From assembly GCA_035403765.1 (NCBI GenBank), contig DAONFU010000001.1:1-43291 (forward strand): a stretch of 43,291 nt of DNA, in the 5' to 3' direction. This stretch comes from Bacteroidales bacterium. GTDB taxonomy: Bacteria > Bacteroidota > Bacteroidia > Bacteroidales > CAIWKO01. Each line of letters opens with the position of its first letter. Position 1 is the stretch's first letter. Positions 36,559-43,291 of this stretch are shown piece by piece. Position numbers and translations under genes: made by a program. The notes beneath the pieces are model-generated. The model did no database searches. It was not told where the DNA came from and was given only the letters and a program-made list of their open reading frames with translations.

Positions 36559-39393
36559 ATGCCAAAGACAATTCGTAAAACAGTAATTTTAACAGTACTG
36601 TTGTTGTGTTTTTCCATTGGTTACGGCCAGCAAGCGCCGCTGTTTTATCTGCCGGCAGGGAGCTCCAGCCATGATTATATTAACAACACCATCATTCTGA
36701 AAATTAAACCGGAGTATGCCTCATTCTGCAAAAACAATCATTTTGATTTGCCCGTCCTCAATACAGTTTTTCAGCAACTGGGGGTGAGCCTTGTGGAAAA
36801 AAAATTTCCGGCCATCTTGCCGCCGGCCCAAAAACACAACCTGCAGGGACAGAAATATGCCGACTTGTCGCGGATTTATGAAATATCATACCTTACATCC
36901 GAAAACATAGAGCAGGCCATCAACCTCCTTATGGCCACCGGCACAATAGAATACGCCCAACCGCATTACATCATGAAGCCGCTGGACTATCTGCCGGACG
37001 ATCCGCTCATCGCCAACCAATATCACCTGGGCCTCATAGGCGCTTTCGGTGCATGGAATATGGTAAAGGGCGACAGCAATATGGTTATCGGCATTCTTGA
37101 TTGGGGCGTTGATATTACCCATCCCGACTTGATCGACAACATAAAATATAACTACCACGATCCCATTGACGGGATAGATAATGACAACGACGGCTATACC
37201 GACAATTTTCGCGGCTGGGATATGGGCGAAAACGACAACAACCCCATGGGAACCATAGGGCACGGCACATTTACCGCAGGGCTTTCTTCGGCCACCACCG
37301 ACAACGGTACCGGCATTGCCGGCACGGGATTCCAATGCAAATTTCTGCCTATAAAAGTGTGTAACGCCAACAACACAGGTACCATGACATACGAAAGCAT
37401 TGTGTATGCGGCAGAACATGGCTGCAGCATAATAAACTGCTCGTGGGGCAGCACTTTTTATACCGGACAGTATGGGCAGGACGTTATTGAATACGCCACT
37501 ATCAACAAGGGTGCGCTGGTTGTGGCAGCCGCCGGCAACGACAACAACACCGCGGTGTTTTTCCCTGCTTCCTATAATTATGTACTGAGTGTTGCGGCCA
37601 GCGACATCAACGACCATAAGGCCAATTTTTCGAACTATGGCCATTTTGTTGATATCACAGCACCGGGCGACAATGTCTGGTCAACGGGGATGGGAGGAAT
37701 TTACGGCACTTCCGGAGGCACCTCCTTCTCGGCACCTATCGTTTCGGGCTGTGCAGCCCTCCTGAGATGCAAATACCCTTCGCTTTCGGCATTACAGATT
37801 GCTGAAAAACTAAAGGTAACAGCCGATATCATCGACACCCTTCCTGCCAACCTGGCTTATCGCGACCTGTTGGGGGCAGGCCGGATTAACATTTTCAGCG
37901 CGCTCAACGATTCGGTGCTACCTGCCGTAGAGATGTTGAATATCCATGTTGAAAATTCGCATCATCAGTCCCTTGCCGGCCCGGGCGATACTGTTTATAT
38001 CACAAGCGAGTTTATCAATTATTTGGCGCCCTCCACCGCCAATCTTAAGGTAAGCCTTTCATGCGCTTCTTCCGATATTGCCCTGCTTGATTCGGTATTT
38101 GTGGCCGGAAGCCTGGCCACCATGGGCACTACCAGCAATATTTCCCATCCGTTCAGCATACTGATAAAACCCGGAATCACGCCAAACGAAAACCTGGTAT
38201 GTAAGTTTACCATCACGGATAATAATTACAGGGCTGTTCAGTATTATTACCTCTATGCCAACAAGGACTATATAGATATCGACACCAATAAGGTAGCCAC
38301 CACTCTCACCAGCGACGGAGCGCTGGGTTATGTAAACGGGAACAGCCTGCAGGGCCTGGGCTTCAGGTATAATAACGGCGAAACCATGCTGTATTCGGGA
38401 GGTTTTATTGTTGGCCGCTCGGCAACGCAGGTTTGCGATGTGTTATACAGCGATCCGGGACTTTATGACCATGACTTTACCGTAAAAACACCTATTACTA
38501 GGGTTTTTCCCCCGCAACAGGCAGATTTTGAAGGCAAGGGAATTTTTAATGATTCGCTGGCCGGCACATCCAAGATAAATGTTGAGGTTGCCCAGCGCGT
38601 CCTTGCCTGGAAAGAAGCGCCAAACGACAAGTTTATACTGCTGGAATACACCCTGAAAAACAAAAATGCCTATGCGCTGTCGGGCCTTTATGCCGGGCTG
38701 TATGCCGACTGGGACATTGATGGCGGCAGCACCAACCGCGCCGAATACGATGCCGAAACAAAAACCGGCTATAGTTACTCATCCTCAGGCAGCCAATATG
38801 CCGGCATAAGCCTGATTTCGGCAGGAACTGCTGTACATTATGCATTTGACAATACCGGTGAAAATGGCAGTATTAATATTGCGGACGGTTTTACAAGCAA
38901 CGAAAAATATGTGGCATTGAAAACCAACAGAAATTCAGCCGGTGTTTCGGGTTACGGAAATGATGTCTCGCAAATGCTTAGTTCCGGGCCGCATAGCCTG
39001 GCTGCCAACGACTCTGCCATAATTGTATTTGCCCTGCTTGCCGGCGATCATCTGGGCGACATCCAAAGCAGCGCCACGGCGGCATATCAGACTTATTACC
39101 ATACAGGAATAGCTAATGTTGAGCCATCAAGCGAGGATGTAATTTTATTCCAAAACGAACCCAACCCATTTAAAGAAAACACAAATATTGGTGTTCTCGT
39201 AACGAAAAAAACTTTCGTAGAATTGTCCTATTACAGCCTAAACGGAAAGGCCGCAGGGGTATTATTTTCGGGCATTTTAGACCCTGGTATGCATACATTT
39301 TCGGTCGGCCATCAACTGCCGGCCGGCGCCTATGTGTATGCCCTGACAAGCGATAGTTTCTGCCTTAAAAAGAAAATGTGTATTGTGAAATAA
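36559..39393 (+). CDS. S8 (subtilisin-like) serine peptidase with T9SS type A C-terminal sorting domain
   Basis: Signal peptide. Catalytic Asp (ILDWGVD), His (GHGTFTAG) and Ser (GGTSFSAP). C-terminus LFQNEPNPFKENTNIGV...YVYALTSDSFCLKKKMCIVK is typical of a Por secretion tail. Confidence 0.9.
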   Translation: MPKTIRKTVILTVLLLCFSIGYGQQAPLFYLPAGSSSHDYINNTIILKIKPEYASFCKNNHFDLPVLNTVFQQLGVSLVEKKFPAILPPAQKHNLQGQKYADLSRIYEISYLTSENIEQAINLLMATGTIEYAQPHYIMKPLDYLPDDPLIANQYHLGLIGAFGAWNMVKGDSNMVIGILDWGVDITHPDLIDNIKYNYHDPIDGIDNDNDGYTDNFRGWDMGENDNNPMGTIGHGTFTAGLSSATTDNGTGIAGTGFQCKFLPIKVCNANNTGTMTYESIVYAAEHGCSIINCSWGSTFYTGQYGQDVIEYATINKGALVVAAAGNDNNTAVFFPASYNYVLSVAASDINDHKANFSNYGHFVDITAPGDNVWSTGMGGIYGTSGGTSFSAPIVSGCAALLRCKYPSLSALQIAEKLKVTADIIDTLPANLAYRDLLGAGRINIFSALNDSVLPAVEMLNIHVENSHHQSLAGPGDTVYITSEFINYLAPSTANLKVSLSCASSDIALLDSVFVAGSLATMGTTSNISHPFSILIKPGITPNENLVCKFTITDNNYRAVQYYYLYANKDYIDIDTNKVATTLTSDGALGYVNGNSLQGLGFRYNNGETMLYSGGFIVGRSATQVCDVLYSDPGLYDHDFTVKTPITRVFPPQQADFEGKGIFNDSLAGTSKINVEVAQRVLAWKEAPNDKFILLEYTLKNKNAYALSGLYAGLYADWDIDGGSTNRAEYDAETKTGYSYSSSGSQYAGISLISAGTAVHYAFDNTGENGSINIADGFTSNEKYVALKTNRNSAGVSGYGNDVSQMLSSGPHSLAANDSAIIVFALLAGDHLGDIQSSATAAYQTYYHTGIANVEPSSEDVILFQNEPNPFKENTNIGVLVTKKTFVELSYYSLNGKAAGVLFSGILDPGMHTFSVGHQLPAGAYVYALTSDSFCLKKKMCIVK

Positions 39394-39455
39394 TTTTTTA
39401 TTAACAAAAAATAAGAAATAATGTAATTTTGCGTTTTCCAATTATACGCACTTCC

Positions 39456-39590
39456 ATGAAAATCAAATTTTTAAAAATAGTTATGTTATTGCTGGTAATT
39501 GCCGTTCTATCGGCTTCGTGTCAAACGCGCAGAAATTGCAGCGGCATGAAAATCCACAATAATGATGTTAAACGCGGCCTGGCTCATTAA
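39456..39590 (+). CDS. small putative lipoprotein (44 aa), absent from the ORF track
   Basis: MKIKFLKIVMLLLVIAVLSASCQTRRNCSGMKIHNNDVKRGLAH has a lipobox LSASC. A strong terminator follows directly. Confidence 0.45.
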   Translation: MKIKFLKIVMLLLVIAVLSASCQTRRNCSGMKIHNNDVKRGLAH

Positions 39591-39602
39591 GCCGGTACAA
39601 AC

Positions 39603-39640
39603 AAAAAAAAAGGACTGCCTTCCCGGCAGCCCTTTTTTTT
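39603..39640. terminator. bidirectional rho-independent terminator between the small lipoprotein ORF and pepD
   Basis: A9-GGACTGCC-TTCC-CGGCAGCCC-T8. The CTGCC/GGCAG stem is flanked by an A-run and a T-run, so it is usable on both strands. Confidence 0.6.
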
Positions 39641-39656
39641 GTTTTTGCTTATAATC

Positions 39657-41132
39657 CTATGCCATTTCTTTTACCGGTGCATTTTTCAATGTTTCGGTAA
39701 GGAAAGCCCAGAATTTTTCCACAGAAGGAATATTAACTTTTTCGGCCGGCGAATGCGGGAAGTTGATGGTTGGGCCAAAAGATATCATATCCCAATTTTT
39801 ATAAACTCCGCCCAGCAGGCCGCATTCGAGTCCGGCGTGTATGGCGCTGACGTGAGGTTTTGTGCCAAATTGTTTTTCGTAAGCCAGCAGCATTTCTTTT
39901 AAAATCGGAGAATCCATATTGGGTTTCCATCCGGGATATTGGCCATCAAAAATGCTTTCGGCACAGGCCAAAGAATAAAGGCTGGCAAACATATTCTCGA
40001 GATCGTCTTTGGCGGTGTCAACAGAGCTGCGCAACAAAGCCATCACATCAATAACGCCATCTTGTGATTTCACAATAGCCAGGTTGGTAGAAGTTTCCAC
40101 CAGGCCTTTCATATCCTGGCTCATTCTGATTACGCCGTTGGGTGTGGCATAAATGGCATCCAGCAGGTTGTTGGTTGTTACATTGTCGATAATAGTTTTG
40201 GGTAATTCCACAGGTTCCGCCAGAATCGTGATATTGTCCTCCACATTTTTATATTCGTTGATGACAATTTCAGAAAACTCTTTAACAAACTGTTTGAATT
40301 TATCCACGTTTTCTTTTGGCAAGGTAACCACGGCAAAAGATTCGCGCGGGATGGCATTACGCAGGCTTCCACCGTTGATGCTGGACAGCCGCATTCCCAG
40401 ATTATTATATGCATACCAAAGAATACGGTTGAGCAGTTTGTTGGAGTTAGCCCTTTCGAGGTGGATATCCACGCCGGAATGTCCTCCTTTGAGGCCTTTC
40501 ACAGAAATATTCAGGGCTTCCACATTACCGGCTACCGGTTTTTCGTCGTAGTAGAATTTCATGTTTGCATTGGTACCGCCTGCACAGCCCACGCAGAGGT
40601 CGCCTTCTTCCTCCGTATCGAGGTTCAGCAGAATATCGCCTTTCAGCAGGCCTTCCTTCAGGCCAAAGGCGCCGGTCATGCCGGTTTCTTCATCCACGGT
40701 AAGCAGCATTTCGAGCGGGCCGTGCTGCAGGTCGGTGGCTTCAAGCACTGCCATAGCGGCAGCCATGCCAATGCCGTTGTCGGCACCGAGGGTGGTTCCC
40801 GTTGCGGTTACCCAGTCACCATCAATGCGGGGTTTTATCGGATCGATTGTAAAATCGTGCTGAATATCAGAATTGGCCTGGGGAACCATGTCGAGATGCG
40901 CCTGCAGGATAATGCCTTTGCGGTTTTCCATACCGGGAGTGGCGGGTTTGCGAACAATAACATTTCCGGTATCATCCACTGAACATTCAAGCTGGTGGGT
41001 TTTGGCCCAGGCAAGAACGTGTTCCCTTAATTTTTCTTCATGTGTTGAAGGGTGAGGAATGCTGCAGATGTCCTCAAAATTTTTCCATAAAGCAGTCGGT
41101 TTCAAATTACTTAGTACATTTCCCATATTCAT
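39657..41132 (-). CDS. pepD: aminoacyl-histidine dipeptidase (M20C, PepD)
   Basis: LKPTALWKNFEDICSIPHPSTHEEKL...QAHLDMV...GADNGIGMA...DEETGMTGA is typical of PepD. Plausible ATG starts are at 41132 or 41126; the track start is upstream and implausible. Confidence 0.9.
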   Translation of the reverse strand: MNMGNVLSNLKPTALWKNFEDICSIPHPSTHEEKLREHVLAWAKTHQLECSVDDTGNVIVRKPATPGMENRKGIILQAHLDMVPQANSDIQHDFTIDPIKPRIDGDWVTATGTTLGADNGIGMAAAMAVLEATDLQHGPLEMLLTVDEETGMTGAFGLKEGLLKGDILLNLDTEEEGDLCVGCAGGTNANMKFYYDEKPVAGNVEALNISVKGLKGGHSGVDIHLERANSNKLLNRILWYAYNNLGMRLSSINGGSLRNAIPRESFAVVTLPKENVDKFKQFVKEFSEIVINEYKNVEDNITILAEPVELPKTIIDNVTTNNLLDAIYATPNGVIRMSQDMKGLVETSTNLAIVKSQDGVIDVMALLRSSVDTAKDDLENMFASLYSLACAESIFDGQYPGWKPNMDSPILKEMLLAYEKQFGTKPHVSAIHAGLECGLLGGVYKNWDMISFGPTINFPHSPAEKVNIPSVEKFWAFLTETLKNAPVKEMA

Positions 41133-41277
41133 ATAATTTTTAAATTTAGTAACTAATTTTGCAGAACAACAAATATAGCAATTAATACAGAACTTTTGTT
41201 TCAATATGTTTATTTTCCAAAAAAAAATTAAGGTCAAACAACCTTTTTAATATTTTTATTGTCTAAAACAATCGTAG

Positions 41278-41814
41278 ATGAGCCTTGACAGAAATATTAT
41301 TGAGGGATGCATTGCCGGTAACAGGAAAGCGCAAAAATTCCTCTTTGAAAAATACAAGGCAGCGATGATGGGCGTTTGTTTGAGGTATTGCAAAAGTAAG
41401 GATGAGGCAGAAGATGTATTGATGGAAGCCTTTATGACGGTGCTGTCGCAGATACAGTCGTACCGGAGCGAAGGATCGATAGACCAATGGATACGGAGGA
41501 TAGTGGTTAACACTTCCATCAACAACTACCGGAAAAATCTGAAACATTATTTCCATGCCGACATCGAAAACATTGCCGAAACCGAGATTGAAGAAGATAA
41601 CAATTATGATATCACCGACAATCATTCTGTGGAGGAGATTTTGAATGCCATGCAACAAATGCCGCAGGGATATAAAATAGTGCTGAACTTGTATGTGGTG
41701 GAAGGTTACAAACATAAAGAAATTGCCGAAATGCTGAATATCACAGTAGGAACCTCAAAATCGCAACTATCGAAAGCACGGAAAATTATACAAGACAAAT
41801 TATCGAAAAAGTAA
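41278..41814 (+). CDS. ECF-type RNA polymerase sigma-70 family factor
   Basis: Region 2 (AEDVLMEAFMTVLSQI..., WIRRIVVNTSINYY-like) and region 4 HTH (YKHKEIAEMLNITVGTSKSQLSKARK). Confidence 0.85.
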   Translation: MSLDRNIIEGCIAGNRKAQKFLFEKYKAAMMGVCLRYCKSKDEAEDVLMEAFMTVLSQIQSYRSEGSIDQWIRRIVVNTSINNYRKNLKHYFHADIENIAETEIEEDNNYDITDNHSVEEILNAMQQMPQGYKIVLNLYVVEGYKHKEIAEMLNITVGTSKSQLSKARKIIQDKLSKK

Positions 41815-41828
41815 GTGAACAAAACAAA

Positions 41829-42797
41829 ATGAATGAATTTTTAAATAACAGTCCAAAAAATTTTGATGAGTACCTGAGAACAGCCCTTGATAATTATCAG
41901 CCTGATGTTTCGTCAGGTGTATGGCAGTCGCTCAAGCTGCAGTTATTTAAAAAGGATGCTGTTGATTTTTTAACCTTTAAAAAACTCAGCCGTTCGTTCA
42001 ATTCCGGCACCAATGTGGGTGCCGCCCAGATAAAAGTGCTGGCTGCATATGCCGCTGCCGCATGTCTGGCGGTAGGAGTTGTTTTTGGCGCCAGCAGGAT
42101 TTATAAAAGTATCGTTTCTGTTCCTTTAGAAAAAAAGTCCACCACAGAACAGCCTATTAATATCCCTGCAGAAACCAGGGGAAAAGAGAATACTGCCGAC
42201 ACCCAGGAAATGTTGATAGAACAGATAAATTCAAGTATTCCTGGAAACAATCGTCCCAACAAAAGCGCGGTGTCAACAATTGCCGCCAGCAATGAAACAG
42301 GCCGGGCGGTTCAGGCGGCCACAGACAACGGCCCTGCAAACAACCTTCAGGCATCGCAGCCAAAAGCAGAGAATGCCGAAACTCATACTTCTTTGCAAAA
42401 TTATATTGATAAAGTAACCGCTCAGGATAAGCCATCCGGTAAAGAAACGCCGGTGCAAAGCTTACCGGAAACCATTGATATTCACGAAACACCTGCAGAA
42501 AACGTGGTTGAGAATGAAGCCGACCCTTATGCCTACAACCTGGAAATACCCAACGTAATCACACCAAATGGGGATGGCTATAATGATTTATTTAAAATAA
42601 GGAATCTCGACAAATATTCCAGCAATACGCTGACCATTGCCAACCGCTCCGGCCAGGTTGTTTTTGAAATCAACAATTATCAAAACAACTGGGATGCTCA
42701 AAACCTTGACGCAGGCACTTATTATTACATATTGTCTTACAAAGACAACAACCAAAACAAGGGGATAATAAAGGGGACCGTGTCGGTGGTCCGCTGA
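41829..42797 (+). CDS. single-pass membrane protein (anti-sigma-like position) ending in a T9SS type B (CHU_C / gliding-motility-associated) C-terminal domain
   Basis: Starts 14 nt after the sigma gene. About 67 cytoplasmic aa, a transmembrane segment IKVLAAYAAAACLAVGVVFGA, a low-complexity linker, then IPNVITPNGDGYNDLFKIRNL...GTYYYIL...GTVSVVR. Confidence 0.8.
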   Translation: MNEFLNNSPKNFDEYLRTALDNYQPDVSSGVWQSLKLQLFKKDAVDFLTFKKLSRSFNSGTNVGAAQIKVLAAYAAAACLAVGVVFGASRIYKSIVSVPLEKKSTTEQPINIPAETRGKENTADTQEMLIEQINSSIPGNNRPNKSAVSTIAASNETGRAVQAATDNGPANNLQASQPKAENAETHTSLQNYIDKVTAQDKPSGKETPVQSLPETIDIHETPAENVVENEADPYAYNLEIPNVITPNGDGYNDLFKIRNLDKYSSNTLTIANRSGQVVFEINNYQNNWDAQNLDAGTYYYILSYKDNNQNKGIIKGTVSVVR

Positions 42798-42803
42798 TTG
42801 GGA

Positions 42804-43190
42804 TTATTGGCTTGATGAATCTTTTTCAATTTCTTTGAAAGAGATATATTTTCCCTCATATAACATGGTAAGAAACCGGGTTACCCGCTGGTCAACCGGC
42901 ATTATTTTTTCCCCATATATATCATAAACCTGCTTGCAAATTTCCATTACTTTTTTCGTGCCATCAATATGCATCCACACAGAGGTGCCCAGTTCGTCGA
43001 GGGCAATCCTGAAAAAACGCTTACGCGGACTGAGCAAATAGTTGTTCACCTTTTCATTCTTGAATTTCGGGATAACCAGCGTTATCAGGCCGTTTTCGGC
43101 TGTTTCAAAGGCGCATTTCCTGATGGGGGTAGCTTCCAGGTAATTAAGCTGCTTCAGTAGATTTCTTCGTTTAAAAAAATTCAATGCCAC
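42804..43190 (-). CDS. PqqD-family (RiPP-recognition-element-like) protein
   Basis: RIALDELGTSVWMHIDGTKKVMEICKQVYDIYGEKIMPVDQRVTRFLTMLYEGKYI fits the PqqD pattern. GTG start, 10 nt downstream of the stop of the preceding gene. Confidence 0.65.
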   Translation of the reverse strand: MALNFFKRRNLLKQLNYLEATPIRKCAFETAENGLITLVIPKFKNEKVNNYLLSPRKRFFRIALDELGTSVWMHIDGTKKVMEICKQVYDIYGEKIMPVDQRVTRFLTMLYEGKYISFKEIEKDSSSQ

Positions 43191-43199
43191 TTTTATTAT

Positions 43200-43291
43200 T
43201 TATAAATGATTTTCACTCAACTCGCTATGCTGTTGTGCCAATCTATAAGCCGCCCGCCCCGCTTCTATCAGTTCGTATGCCCTGTAAAACT
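43200..43291 (-). CDS. 3' end of an unidentified gene continuing beyond the window
   Basis: The open frame on the minus strand reads ...FYRAYELIEAGRAAYRLAQQHSELSENHL*, with the stop at 43200-43202. Confidence 0.4.
   Translation of the reverse strand, partial: FYRAYELIEAGRAAYRLAQQHSELSENHL

Noticed and set aside
41133-41277. Search for an autoregulated ECF promoter (AAC-N16-17-CGT type) upstream of the sigma gene.
   Set aside because: The only AAAC...GTC pair has a ~21-nt spacing, and the CGT next to the ATG is too close. There is no convincing match.

Overview
This 43.3 kb window looks like a Bacteroidota chromosome. Supporting signs are T9SS type A and type B C-terminal sorting domains, a TTTG/TAnnTTTG-type promoter, a CarboxypepD-type TonB receptor and short-form AMP nucleosidase. 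Most of it is housekeeping: yeiH-like transporter, transglutaminase-like protein, cutC, pssA, purS, rplM-rpsI-rpsB-tsf-pyrH-frr, rfbA plus an epimerase, hemW, holA, amn, pepD. I saw no rRNA, tRNA or CRISPR. The clearly accessory part is a visibly AT-rich islet at about 17.8-21.3 kb. It holds an intact IS4-family element with imperfect terminal inverted repeats and a 9-bp target duplication, then an orphan secreted-protein gene. It also holds a ~0.74 kb cassette bracketed by ~70-nt imperfect direct repeats that copy the 3' end of the neighbouring SDR gene. That cassette carries an intact antitoxin, a frameshifted ParE/RelE toxin and an unexplained remnant. Other points worth a second look:
- a 1866-aa thioester (CLEQ) alpha-2-macroglobulin without pbpC, co-oriented with a small polytopic membrane protein, and carrying a Cys-bracketed Tyr/Asp/Glu-rich loop
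- a secreted 13-aa-period DYKSDA repeat protein
- an ECF sigma factor coupled to a membrane protein that ends in a T9SS type B sorting domain
- a PqqD-like gene at the right edge
- a compositionally distinct two-gene module at the left edge

I cannot point to one unambiguous novel system. All product calls rest on motif recognition by eye, not on database searches. Several ORF-track starts are GTG/TTG and were moved to the first ATG.
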